64,000 nucleotides of DNA from an uncultured Rivularia sp. (lineage in GTDB: Bacteria; Cyanobacteriota; Cyanobacteriia; Cyanobacteriales; Nostocaceae). The notes under the pieces were generated by a model, which was given only the letters and a program-made list of their open reading frames with translations, had not been told where the DNA came from and did no database searches. The stretch spans positions 3,936,001-4,000,000 of the forward strand of contig OY762007.1 in the NCBI GenBank assembly GCA_963665115.1, in the 5' to 3' direction. Positions within the stretch are counted from its first letter, which is position 1; every line of letters starts with the position of its first letter. Positions 11,414 through 22,344 of this stretch are shown piece by piece. The translations under genes and the position numbers were made by a program.

Positions 11414-12841
11414 ATGGATTTCTTTTGGCAACAGTTAACTTTATCTTCTGTTCCCCTGAAGCAGTATATTACTTCTAGCTACCTACACCGTCTTCTAGTT
11501 GGGCTTTTAAGCTCTTGGCGGCAGACTAGCATTTTACTTCGCTGGGGAGATGCAATTGCGGTTGCATTATTAAGTCTTGTATATATTCTGGCTCCTTTCG
11601 TTTCCAATGGATTAATTGGTTTACTACTTGTAGCCTGTGTCGGATTCTGGTTGCTGCTGACTATTTCAGACGAACCAGCTAATTCTAATGCGGAGGGGAT
11701 TACACCAATACATTTACTGATTTTCCTTTACTGGGGAGTCGCGACTGTAGCAACGGCACTATCACCAGTAAAAAAAGCAGCATTTACAGGTTGGACAAAA
11801 CTAACTTTATATTTATTGCTGTTTGCTCTTTGTGCAAGGTTGCTCAAATCTTCTCGGATTCGTTCTTGGCTGATTGCTGTTTACCTACATATATCTTTAA
11901 TTGTTAGCGTCAATGGATTGCGACAATGGTTTTTTGGTGCAAAAGCATTAGCAACTTGGGTAGATCCAGAATCTTCTTTATCTAAAACTACAAGGATATA
12001 CAGTTATTTAGGTAATCCAAACTTACTTGCTGGCTATATTCTTCCTGCTGTAATTTTAAGTTTTATCGCTATTTTTGCATGGCGCAGTGGGTTTACTAAA
12101 GCTTTAGCGCTCACTATGTTTATTGTTAATAGTGCTTGTTTAATACTTACATTTAGTCGCGGTGGTTGGATTGGTTTAGTAGCATCATTGTTAGTCCTTT
12201 TAGTATTATTATTGTATTGGTGGAGTATCGATATGCCTCCTTTTTGGCGTACTTGGTCGCTGCCAATTCTGTTAGTCAGTTTAGGGATAGTATCTGTTTT
12301 AGCAGTATTATTTGTCCCACCCGTGCGCGAAAGGGTTTTAAGTATTTTTGCCGGTAGAGGTGATAGCAGTAATAACTTCCGAATTAATGTTTGGATGGCT
12401 GCGATTGAAATGATTAAAGATCGTCCGGTAATTGGTATTGGCCCTGGTAATAGCGCATTTAATAAGATTTACCCTCTTTATCAACGCCCTAATTTCACAG
12501 CTTTGAGTGCTTATTCGGTATTTTTAGAAATTGCAGTTGAAACAGGTTTAATTGGTTTTGTTTGTTTTATTTGGCTGTTAATTGTCACGTTTAATTCTGG
12601 TTTCGTGCAGTTACGACGTTTGAGACAGCAACGAAATGTACAAGGTTTGTGGTTAATTGCCGGAATTGTGGCTTTAGTAGGTATGCTCGGTCATGGTTTA
12701 GTTGATACTGTATGGTATCGTCCCCAAGTAAATACTTTATGGTGGTTGATGGTTGGTTTAGTTGCCAGCTACTGGAAGCCATTACCCAAAAATCAAGTAA
12801 ATCCAATAAATACTTCTCCTCAACCAACTGCAAACTGGTAA
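11414..12841 (+). CDS. ictB: IctB family membrane protein (O-antigen ligase/Wzy_C-like; historically a putative bicarbonate transporter)
   Basis: ATWVDPES, RIYSYLGNPNLLAGY, TFSRGGW, RGDSSNNFRINVW, GIGPGN, DTVWYRP. Confidence 0.92.
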   Translation: MDFFWQQLTLSSVPLKQYITSSYLHRLLVGLLSSWRQTSILLRWGDAIAVALLSLVYILAPFVSNGLIGLLLVACVGFWLLLTISDEPANSNAEGITPIHLLIFLYWGVATVATALSPVKKAAFTGWTKLTLYLLLFALCARLLKSSRIRSWLIAVYLHISLIVSVNGLRQWFFGAKALATWVDPESSLSKTTRIYSYLGNPNLLAGYILPAVILSFIAIFAWRSGFTKALALTMFIVNSACLILTFSRGGWIGLVASLLVLLVLLLYWWSIDMPPFWRTWSLPILLVSLGIVSVLAVLFVPPVRERVLSIFAGRGDSSNNFRINVWMAAIEMIKDRPVIGIGPGNSAFNKIYPLYQRPNFTALSAYSVFLEIAVETGLIGFVCFIWLLIVTFNSGFVQLRRLRQQRNVQGLWLIAGIVALVGMLGHGLVDTVWYRPQVNTLWWLMVGLVASYWKPLPKNQVNPINTSPQPTANW

Positions 12842-12893
12842 GCGGTTTAATAGTTACAAAATTGTAGATACGTCTCTCTTAGATACACAAAAT

Positions 12894-12920
12894 TAGAGAC
12901 GTAAAATTTTACGTCTCTAC
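12894..12920. repeat. REP-like palindrome (G)TAGAGACGTAAAATTTTACGTCTCTA(C)
   Basis: Near-perfect hairpin between convergent genes; a second copy lies at 48220. Confidence 0.75.
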
Positions 12921-12948
12921 ATCACGATCGTATTTACATCAAAATTTG

Positions 12949-13617
12949 CTATTCCACTAAATTATGTTCCATTGCAAAACGTACTAATTCTGCTCGGTTA
13001 CTGGTGCTGGTTTTTCTTAGTAAGCTACTGACATATTTTTCTACAGTTCGCGGACTCAAATAAAGGCGATCGCCAATTTCAGCATTGGAAAGTCCATGAG
13101 TCAAAATTTCTAAAACTTCTTGTTCTCTAGTTGTTAGAGATTCATATAATTTATTTTTTCGATCGTCGTTCCAATCTGTTTGACTAATAGAATCCGCATT
13201 CTTGAGATTTTCTTGTAAAGATAATTTATATTCAGTTTGAATAATTTGACTTCGTTCTAAAAGATTGTTGATAGCGGCTGCTAATTCTTCAAGCTCAAAA
13301 GGCTTAGGTAAATACAAATCGCACCCAGATTGATAACCTAAAATTCTTTCTTGTGTTTGGGTTCTTGCGGTTAACAGAATCACGGGTAACAAGCGAAAAT
13401 GCAATTGTTGACGCACCTGACGCACTAGTTCGTACCCATTCATTTGCGGCATAATAATATCGGTAACAATTAAATCTGGATGGTGCTTGTTCACCATAAC
13501 CAAACCTTGTTGACCATCGTTAGCTGCGATTACTTCATAGCCAGATAATTCTAAATAATCGCCGATTGACAGACGAGTACCTAAATCATCATCCACTACT
13601 AGGATTTTGGAGGGCAT
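12949..13617 (-). CDS. NarL/LuxR family DNA-binding response regulator
   Basis: Receiver domain (ILVVDDD, DIIMP, YLPKPF) plus LuxR HTH (LTTREQEVL...GLSNAEI...LSPRTVEKY). ATG at 13617 preferred over 13713. Confidence 0.92.
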   Translation of the reverse strand: MPSKILVVDDDLGTRLSIGDYLELSGYEVIAANDGQQGLVMVNKHHPDLIVTDIIMPQMNGYELVRQVRQQLHFRLLPVILLTARTQTQERILGYQSGCDLYLPKPFELEELAAAINNLLERSQIIQTEYKLSLQENLKNADSISQTDWNDDRKNKLYESLTTREQEVLEILTHGLSNAEIGDRLYLSPRTVEKYVSSLLRKTSTSNRAELVRFAMEHNLVE

Positions 13618-14056
13618 AGACCTTACACCCCTTAAACTTTTTAACTTTAGTTCTTGGCTTGACTGAGTACTATCGATATAAATTACCTCCCATCCAGTAC
13701 TCCTATATTTCATACTATGACAGCACTACCCAAAGGTCACTTTCCTCAAGACTGAATTTACAAAAAAAATCTTAAATCATCAGTATGATTTTTTTGTTAA
13801 TGAATATTATTATTGTATAATATTGTCGAATAAAAAATACACGAAAAGGTAAACGTAGCAAGAGCTATATTCATTTTTTACAGTACAGGTCTGTAGTTCT
13901 AACTTTAGTTAAATATGTCAGGACTTTAAGATATATTTTATTCTTATTTTTCATATAAGCATAATTTTTCCGGCAATAAAAGTGCAAAAATTAACGTTAA
14001 CGATAAGATATGCATTTTATTAAGTATTTATGCTCAGTTTGATACCGCACATAAGC

Positions 14057-14072
14057 TGTAGCAGTCTCTACA
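14057..14072. promoter_or_regulatory. Possible NtcA-binding site TGTA-N8-TACA
   Basis: tgtagcagtctctaca matches the consensus, about 440 bp upstream of the response regulator. No correctly spaced -10 box was seen. Confidence 0.3.
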
Positions 14073-14248
14073 AGTATCTAAGATTTAAGTATGAGTCTCA
14101 TTTGATGTAGTTATCTTTAGAATTACATATAAGATTATTAAGTATAGTTTAGGATATATTTTTTTTAATTTTGTAATTTGTTTATAGGCAATAAAACCGG
14201 CTAAATCAAGAAATAATTTAATTTGTTAGTTGAAAGAATTGTTGGAAT

Positions 14249-15586
14249 TTAATCTTTCTCAGGATGCAGGTAATCCTGGAAATAAAATTGAGGAATGAGC
14301 CAGAATTTAAGCCAAGAAAAAGCTGCTAAACTTAATAATCCCGTCAGCATCAAAGGTAAACCAATTTTGATTCTAAATGCATCGGGAAGAGTTGCAACAA
14401 CTGAAATACTGATGGCAAAATACGCCACGAAAAATATTTGCAAGCGCTGGAAATTTTTCAAAGCTTTTCGACAGCTACTGCAATTTTGAGTGTGTTGGGT
14501 ATAACGGTCGAGTAGTTCTTGACGGTTATCATTTATTGTTAATGTATAATTTTGTGGAACTTCGATTCCAACTTTATCCCAAGGTAGTTTCCCTTGCGAA
14601 TATTTATCAAACCAGTTACGGAATTCAATGATTAAACGATCTGCCTTAGTTGGTAGTTGGTAAGCTGTTTTCCAAGTTTCTTGCGATTGTCTTTCTTGGA
14701 GAAAATGTTCTTGCTGATGCAGAAGGATCATATCACCATCGAGGACTTGATTGCGGATTTTGATATGACTCCACCACCGGGGTATGAAGTTATTCAGATT
14801 TGTAGCGAAGTTACGGCTAAATTGAGCGACAATTCTTGATTTACCTGGGTAAGTTGGTATGCAGTAGGTAATAAGTCCGAGTTGCTTGCCTTCTTTACCC
14901 ACACGGATTGTATACTCCAAACGGCAAGGTGGTTCAAAAGTAATGGTAGTGTTAAACCTTCCTTCTGAATTCGCTTCGATTAAATTAGCTGTTGATTTAA
15001 TAATTTTTAGAGCTAAGGGTGAAGCTTGTTCGCGATTACCTTGTACTCCATGATGAGTAAAAGGAACATGACTGGGATCTGCAACATTTTCTACAAGAGT
15101 TTGCCAATCATATTCTAAATCGCGGACGTAAGAAGACCAAACAAAACCTTTACTCGCATCGACTTGAGGTGAAAGAGGTAGTGGGGTATCGGTAGCTAGT
15201 TGTGGTGAATTCGCATCGAGCCAAACCCACAATAAATCATTCTCTTGCCGTACTGGTAACGTAACAGCACAAAGATTTTTTTGATTTTTGCTAAGTAGTT
15301 GTGGATTCTCAGCTTGGGGAATGCGGGTACAAATTCCTTCTGCATCAAATTCCCAACCGTGATAGCTGCACATCAAATTACCCGTTTTTTCATCAACCCT
15401 TCCCTCGCTCAAAGGTGCGAGACGATGGGGACATTTATCTAAAAACACTCGGTAATCGGATGATTTTGGCTTCCAGATAACTAAGCGAATCCCTAAAACC
15501 GTTACTGGAGTAGGTTTTTGGGGGTCGATATCTTCGACGGGAGAAACCGGATACCAATGCTGAAAGAAGTTGAATTCAGATTGCAT
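14249..15586 (-). CDS. Rieske non-heme iron oxygenase, pheophorbide a oxygenase (PAO/Tic55)-like
   Basis: CPHRLAPLSEG...CSYHGW Rieske motif, ENVADPSHVPFTHH mononuclear Fe site, C-terminal HTQNCSSC and TM helices. Confidence 0.9.
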   Translation of the reverse strand: MQSEFNFFQHWYPVSPVEDIDPQKPTPVTVLGIRLVIWKPKSSDYRVFLDKCPHRLAPLSEGRVDEKTGNLMCSYHGWEFDAEGICTRIPQAENPQLLSKNQKNLCAVTLPVRQENDLLWVWLDANSPQLATDTPLPLSPQVDASKGFVWSSYVRDLEYDWQTLVENVADPSHVPFTHHGVQGNREQASPLALKIIKSTANLIEANSEGRFNTTITFEPPCRLEYTIRVGKEGKQLGLITYCIPTYPGKSRIVAQFSRNFATNLNNFIPRWWSHIKIRNQVLDGDMILLHQQEHFLQERQSQETWKTAYQLPTKADRLIIEFRNWFDKYSQGKLPWDKVGIEVPQNYTLTINDNRQELLDRYTQHTQNCSSCRKALKNFQRLQIFFVAYFAISISVVATLPDAFRIKIGLPLMLTGLLSLAAFSWLKFWLIPQFYFQDYLHPEKD

Positions 15587-15775
15587 TTTAGAAAAAGCCA
15601 GCGGTACAATAGATATCTACACAAAAAAACACATTATCCCAAAGTTAATCCAGACAACGTTAAAGTTCGTATTTCTTCACTTAATAAGCCTGTGTGAGCA
15701 TTTGTCTGAGGGCTTTTTATCGTAACCTGATATTTATATCGCCCCTTTTAAAGAAGTTTATAAAGGCTACGATTT

Positions 15776-16351
15776 ATGGCTTATTCCTGGTTTAAAGCAT
15801 TTCACATTGTCGGTATTGTAGTTTGGTTTGCTGGGTTGTTTTACCTAGTACGTTTGTTTATCTATCATGTAGAAGCCGAGCAAGAAACCGAACCCGCACG
15901 CACGATATTGAAAAATCAATATCAAATTATGGAGAAACGTCTCTACAGCATTATTACCACGCCAGGAATGTTGGTAACGGTAGCGATGGCGATTGGTTTG
16001 CTTTGGACGGAACCAGAAGTTCTCAAACAACCTTGGTTACACGTTAAACTGGCTTTCGTGGTGTTATTGATTGGCTATCATCATTACTGCAAGCGTTTAA
16101 TGAAGCAGTTAGCAGCAGGTGAATGCAAATGGGGTAGTCAGCAATTACGCGCTTTGAATGAAGCACCTACGGTAATGTTGGTAGTAATTGTATTATTGGC
16201 AGTATTCAAAAATAATCTTCCTACCGATATTACAGCTTGGGGTATTTTTGGGTTGGTAATTGCGATGGCTGCAACAATTCAGCTTTACGCTAAAAAACGT
16301 CGTCAAGATAAAGAGAAGTTGTCAGCAGAAATTTCTCAAGTTACCCAGTAG
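15776..16351 (+). CDS. hemJ: Protoporphyrinogen oxidase HemJ
   Basis: WFKAFHIVGIVVWFAGLFYLVRLFIYH, MEKRLY, WLHVKL, RALNEAPT. Confidence 0.95.
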   Translation: MAYSWFKAFHIVGIVVWFAGLFYLVRLFIYHVEAEQETEPARTILKNQYQIMEKRLYSIITTPGMLVTVAMAIGLLWTEPEVLKQPWLHVKLAFVVLLIGYHHYCKRLMKQLAAGECKWGSQQLRALNEAPTVMLVVIVLLAVFKNNLPTDITAWGIFGLVIAMAATIQLYAKKRRQDKEKLSAEISQVTQ

Positions 16352-16535
16352 CAAGGTTCAAGAATCAAAAAGTGTGAAGTTCTGTTTCTTTCAAATTTTG
16401 AATTATTTATTATTAGCAATCAGTAATTGACCTCAACTGGCTTTTATTACTGATTGTTTTTTTTAAGTAATTTTCCTAGTCCAACCTTGTATTATAAAAG
16501 TCTTCCCTTGAATCCAATACTACAGCAAAGTTCTA

Positions 16536-16709
16536 ATGAGCATCCCAATTTTGAATAAATACTTTATCCGACACCCTAGAAGGGTGCGGCTACAAAAACA
16601 AAGCCCACCTGCGTGGGCTTGGAAACTCTCATAGCCCACGCAGGTAGGCTTTGTAGTATTAGCCCCAGGCTTATAGCCTGCGGGCTTTTTGCAAAATTGG
16701 GATGCTCCC
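16536..16709. mobile_element. MITE-like element with terminal inverted repeats and target-site duplication
   Basis: Perfect 16-bp IR GAGCATCCCAATTTTG (16538-16553 and 16692-16707); direct repeat AAGTTCTA at 16528-16535 and 16710-16717; internal inverted pair 16598-16619/16633-16654. Confidence 0.85.
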
Positions 16710-16781
16710 AAGTTCTATTTGTCTTGACTGCGACAAATTTATAAATATTATTTCTTTAACTCCTAATTTTTAATCCCCATC

Positions 16782-19700
16782 ATGAATGCAACTTCCAGCC
16801 ACAGCCGCAAGCTTGCTCCCATTTTGGTTTTTTTTATCACCTTTTTATTAATTCTCTTTTTATCCCTACCTTGGGTTAGTGCTGAGGAAAAAACTAAGCC
16901 AAAGCCGCAACAGTGGCAGATTAACGGCATTGTCGCTGCTTTAGATGACGGCTATGACGAAGTTAAGGGATATGCTTTGGATAAATTAAAGAAATATGAC
17001 AGCAAAGAGATAAATAAACCCGAAAAGAACAAGATTATTGAGAAAATTGCCAATATCCTCAAGGATGAAAAGGTGAATTCTTACGTTCGTTCTTATGCAG
17101 CATATACCTTGGGTAATTTTGGAGAACCGGCAGCCAAATACATCCCCGATATCCTCAACTTCCTCAAAGATGAAAAGCTGAATTCTAACTTTCGTTCTTT
17201 TGCAGCACAGGCGTTGGGTAAATTTGGAGAAACCGGCAGCCAAATACATCCCCGATATCGTCAATATCCTCAAGGATGAAAAGGTGGATTCTAACGTTCG
17301 TTCTCGTGCAGCACAGGCGTTGGGTAATTTTGGAGAAGCCGCAGCCAAATACATCCCCGATATCGTCACAATCCTCAAGGATGAAAAGGTGGATTCTATC
17401 GTTCGTTATGGTGCAGCAGAGGCGTTGGCTAAATTTGGAGAAGCGGCAGCCAAATACATCCCCGATATCCTCAATATCCTCAAGGATGAAAAGGTGGATT
17501 CTATCGTTCGTTATGGTGCAGCAGAGGCGTTGGCTAAATTTGGAGAAGCGGCAGCCAAATACATCCCCGATATCCTCAACTTCCTTAAAGATGAAAAGCT
17601 GAATTATAACGTTCGTTATGGTGCAGCAGAGGCGTTGGCTAAATTTGGAGAAGCGGCAGCCAAATACATCCCCGATATCCTCAACTTCCTTAAAGATGAA
17701 AAGCTGAATTATAACGTTCGTTATGGTGCAGCAGAGGCGTTGGGTAATTTTGGAGAAGCGGCAGCCAAATACATCCCCGATATCCTCAACTTCCTTAAGG
17801 ATGAAAAGGTGGATGCCAGGGTTCGTTATGGTGCAGCAGAGGCGTTGGGTAATTTTGGACAACCGGCAGCCAAATACATCCCCGATATCCTCAACTTCCT
17901 CAAGGATGAAAAGGTGGATGCCAGGGTTCGTTATGGTGCAGCAGAGGCGTTGGGTAATTTTGGACAACCGGCAGCCAAATACATCCCCGATATCCTCAAC
18001 TTCCTCAAGGATGAAAAGGTGGATGCCAGGGTTCGTTATGGTGCAGCAGAGGCGTTGGGTAATTTTGGACAACCGGCAGCCAAATACATCCCCGATATCC
18101 TCAACTTCCTCAAGGATGAAAAGGTGGATGCCAGGGTTCGTTATGGTGCAGCACAGGCGTTGGCTAATTTTGGAGAAGCGGCAGCCAAATACATCCCCGA
18201 TATCCTCAACATCCTCAAGGATGAAAAGGTGGATTCTAACCTTCGTGGAGATGCAGCAGAGGCGTTGGGTAATTTTGGAGAAGCGGCAGCCAAATACATC
18301 CCCGATATCCTCAATTTCCTCAAGGATGAAAAGGTGGATTCTAGCGTTCGTAGAGATGCAGCACAGGCGTTGGGTAATTTTGGAGAAGCGGCAGCCAAAT
18401 ACATCCCCGATATCCTCAATATCCTCAAGGATGAAAAGGTGGATTCTAGCGTTCGTAGAGATGCAGCATACGCGTTGGGTGATTTTGGACAACAACTAAA
18501 GTTAGAACAAGTTGTTGTTATCCTGAATAATCTTTACGATCTGAGTCATTCTGAGTTTAAAAAATGGCGCTTCCTTACTTATTTCACAGGTGGGGGTACT
18601 GAGGATGTCAAAATCCTACTGACATGGTTGGGTTATCCTCTTCCTCGAACAATTCCCCAGCAATTAAACTACGATGAAGCCAAGAAAACACTCGAAGTAT
18701 TCTTGAAAGTATGGCAACCCACTGAGGAATTAAGAAGAGTAAGAAACGATTTGGCACAGAAAATAGCAACAGTTGCCAACAACAAAGGTGTGACTTGGAA
18801 ACTCGAAGATATTACTTTACTGCAAAAGCACTACGATAATTTAAAAAAAATCGGGAATAACCAAGCTTATACCTTACGGGATGTAATTAATAATCTGGAA
18901 TTTTGGAAGTGGTTTTTCCTTGCCAGTCAAATTCTTCTCGTTCACTTTGCCATTTGGCTCAGCATCATCCTGCTTTATCCCAAATTTACCCAAATTCTCG
19001 CACCTTTATTCTGGAATCCCTGGCGAAGAAAAATTCTTGGCTTTGGTTACATCGGCATACTGTTAACTTGTGTTCCTTGGTTGCGTCGTAGATTATTACA
19101 ACCATTTCAACCTTTGCTACTGGCAGATGCGGGATTGAATAATTTCGTTGAGCAAAGTTATTTTGCGGAGTCTTTTGTTAAAGTTCCGTTGGCAATTAGT
19201 CAAAAGATTCAAGCCAGGTTTATAAATAGTCATTGGGAGGGTAACGTAGTGGAGCGTGGTAATCCCAAGATGTTGCGATTGCCACGTTATGCTGTCGCTC
19301 CACTCGCAATGACAAATAGATTTTTTGGTAATCCCAGGATGTTGCGATTGCTGCGCTACGCTGTCGCTCCACTCGCAATGACAAATAGATTTTTACGAAG
19401 GCGATCGCGAGTCGAGCAAAATACAAATTCCCCAAACAACATCACCTCAGAAATTCAACCAATTACCCAAGCAATACCAACTCTCCAAGGGCAAATTGTT
19501 TTAGAGGGGGAATCTGGTTTAGGTAAATCAATGTTTCTCCGTCATTTGGCGAATAATTCCCAGAGCATCTTTGTTTATCTCCCGGCTCAAAAGTGCGACA
19601 AAGGGGTTATTGAAGCAATTTGTGCCAAGCTACAGGGACAAATAGAAGATGCCAAATTCCTCAAAAGCCTAATTTACAGTGGAGCCTTAGATATATGCAT

Positions 19701-22344
19701 CGACGGACTCAACGAGGTTACAGCGGATACGCGAGCAAAAATTTCTCAGTTTGCCGAAAGCTATTTGCAGGGCAATATGATTATGACAACTCAGCCCCTG
19801 GAGTGGATACCGCCTTCTACAGCAAAGAAATATGAATTGCAGCCGTTAGAGCGCGAGCAAATTCAGCAGTTTTTGCGTTCTCGTCAGCAGTTTTCTAAGA
19901 TTTCAGGGGATGAAAACCTCTCTCCAAACCTCTCTCCAAACCTCTCTCCTACAAGGAGAGAGGCTTTAAATTCTCCCCCTTCCCTCATAGGGAAGGGGGC
20001 TGGGGGGTTAGGTTCCACCTCTGAATACCAACAAGCCTGCTCCCGCTACCTCACCGAAGCTTTCAACGAGCAACAATCTCCAGAAGATTTAGCCGCAACT
20101 AAGCGCATTCTTTCCAACCCGATGGATTTAACTTTGGTGGCGCTGATGCTATTACAAGGGCAGCAACCAAATTTATTTCGTCTCCAAGAACAGCAATATC
20201 AGCTAATGGCGGCAGAATACCAAAGAGAATGGCAACGAGAATTTCCTTTAAAAAGATTTTCAACCGCAGTTTACCAAATGCGGTTGAATGACGAAACCAC
20301 CATACCCAACGAGGAATTCCAAGCAGAATTAACCAGCTTAGAAGATGAAAAATATAAGATAGTCATCAGCCGTCAGTGGGAGAGCGATCGAGGAGAAGTC
20401 CAGAAAATTTGGTATTTCCGCCACGATAAAATTATGGAATTCTTCCTGGTGCAAAACTTTCGCGGTAAAGGGGAAGCTGTACAAGAAAGAATTATTCAAC
20501 ACATTAATGACCCCAGGTTTCGCGGTGTATATTTATTATTAGCTAATTTACTTGCTTTAGATGATGCTTTAGTATTGCGAGAAAGAATCATCGAATATGC
20601 TTCTGAGTGCAAAGATCATACTTTAAGCGATAAATTTATCCAGTTATTACAGTTACGTTTACCGCAAAAGTGGACGCAAGGTGTAAACATCAAATCGGTA
20701 TTACAACAGCACGAACAAAAAACTAAATATTTAGATTTAGTCGCAAAATTTATAGATCAAGTTGATGCAAAAATAAAACGCGAGCAAGAAGGACATATTA
20801 CAATTGAATATATTCTCGGCAGTTTGAGTGATTACGCGCCGTTTCCCGTGTTAATAACTGTTGATACGCCAACGGATAAAGATATCATTGAACTGGTAAG
20901 ACTTTCTCAACAGTTAACAACAGCACTTCCTCAAAAAGCTGGTTTGTTAATCTATAAAATTCCCCCAGATACCACAGCCAGAATGGAAATTGCGAAGGTA
21001 CGCTTGAGAGACAATTTCTTATTAATTCCCATTCCCATCACATCAGTAGAAACAGCCTTGGCTGATAAACATGAATGTATTGGATTACTGGAAGATTATA
21101 TTGATAGATATCTCCAACATGCCGATTTCTTTGATGATAGAAACGCCATCAGCGACACCTTATCATTTTTTGGTCGTACAGAAATATTGCAACGTTTAGC
21201 AGAAGAATTACTCCGACATCAAGGAGTAGGACTATTTGGATTGCGTAAGTCAGGTAAAACCTCAGTGCTGCTGCAATTGGGCTTTATGTTGCGCGAACAT
21301 CCAATTATCCATATTGATTTACAAACCTATAGCGGTTCTCGTTATGGTGCAGCTTTATTTAATAAAATTCTCCATAGTCTAGCTACTTTAGAAAGTGAAA
21401 TTCCACTCCCTCAATTTGTCCCGTTTCCTTTAGATAAACCAGCCACAGAATTAACTGCGGAATTTATACAACGAGTCAATGAATTTGCCCGCATAATTCA
21501 AAAAAGTCATCAAAAGAAATTACCCATTCTGTGCTTTCTAGATGAAGTAGAAAGAATTATTCCCACAGCAGAAGACAACCGCGAAAAAGCGGAAGAATTT
21601 AATGCTTGTTTTGGAGCGTTGCGGGTATTATCTCAACAACAAAAGGAAATATCACTGCTTGTTGCTGACGTACATCCCGACTGCAACCGAATTAATTCCT
21701 GGACACAAACAGGAGTTGCCACAAATCCCGTATTTAGCTTCTTTAAAGAAATCTTTTTACCACCTTTCTCAGAACAAGAAACCCAAGAAATGCTGGTAAA
21801 TATTGGTAAATTAATGGGCTTAGACTTTGACAGAGCCACACCTCAAAAAATTCACGATCTAAGCGGCGGACATCCCTTTGTTTCTCGCCAAATTGCCCGC
21901 TTTCTCACAGATAAAATCAAAGATAAAGATAATCATCCAAAACTTGCTCAAAATGGCAACACCTTAATTGAATGGGCAATGGTAGAAAAATATTTAACAA
22001 AAACCTTAACTCAAAAAGGCGAACTCAAAAATTACTTAGAAAAAAGCATTTGGGAAGATTTAGAAAAACGTAATTTCCAAGTTGCTATTTCTGTTCTTCG
22101 CATCATTGCTTGTAACGAAACATTCCACCACAGAATCACCCAACCAGCTTTAATTAACCAGCTAAAAAGCCGTTTTACAGCCAACCAGTGCTTAGATGCT
22201 TGTAATTGGCTGATAAATGTTGGATTGTTGTATCAAGAGGAAATCGAACATGAGGATTTATACTATATCCGAGTTCCTCTTTTATCACAGTGGATTCAAA
22301 TGCAGATGACAGATGAGGAAATTGAGCAATGCCGGATTTTGTAG
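16782..22344 (+). CDS. Large multidomain protein: signal peptide, 14 HEAT (PBS-lyase-like) repeats, TM helices, NACHT-like NTPase and a second STAND/AAA-type ATPase; +1 frameshift at 17230-17232 (about 1853 aa if repaired)
   Basis: Joins ORFs 16782-17279 and 17200-22344. Walker motifs GESGLGKS/ICIDGLNE and GLRKSGKTS/LCFLDEVE; hydrophobic segments FWKWFFLASQILLVHFAIWLSIILLYP and ILGFGYIGILLTCVPW. Confidence 0.85.
17046..18492 (+). repeat. Tandem array of about 14 near-identical 105-bp (35-aa) coding repeats
   Basis: gcagccaaatacatccccga recurs at 17130, 17236, 17341 and onward every 105 bp to 18391. The first interval is 106 bp, which marks the frameshift. Confidence 0.97.
19229..19393. repeat. 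Palindromic GTCATTG...GCAATGAC element with a 69-bp tandem duplication, in frame within the CDS
   Basis: Duplicated units start at 19258 and 19327, encoding GNP[KR]MLRL[PL]RYAVAPLAMTNRF twice. Confidence 0.75.
19913..20013. repeat. Cyanobacterial dispersed palindromic repeat in frame within the CDS (NLSPNLSPNLSPTRREALNSPPSLIGKGAGGLG)
   Basis: (aacctctctcca) x3, then hairpins cctctctcct-aca-aggagagagg and cccccttccct-cat-agggaaggggg. Confidence 0.8.

Noticed and set aside
16520..16711. 63-aa minus-strand ORF
   Set aside because: It coincides with the MITE and has no independent coding evidence.
17229..17233. Programmed ribosomal frameshifting or phase variation at the split genes
   Set aside because: The runs are only 3-4 nt with no slippery heptamer, and the same defect hits the 5' end of rpoB, so an artefact is more parsimonious.
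17046..18492. 105-bp periodic array as a possible CRISPR array
   Set aside because: Units are contiguous, a multiple of 3 and protein-coding. There are no unique spacers and no cas genes.
17185..18499. Long alternative-frame and antisense ORFs (436 aa minus; 258 and 108 aa plus) over the HEAT array
   Set aside because: A stop-free repeat unit propagates open frames. The translations are Cys-rich or otherwise implausible shadows.
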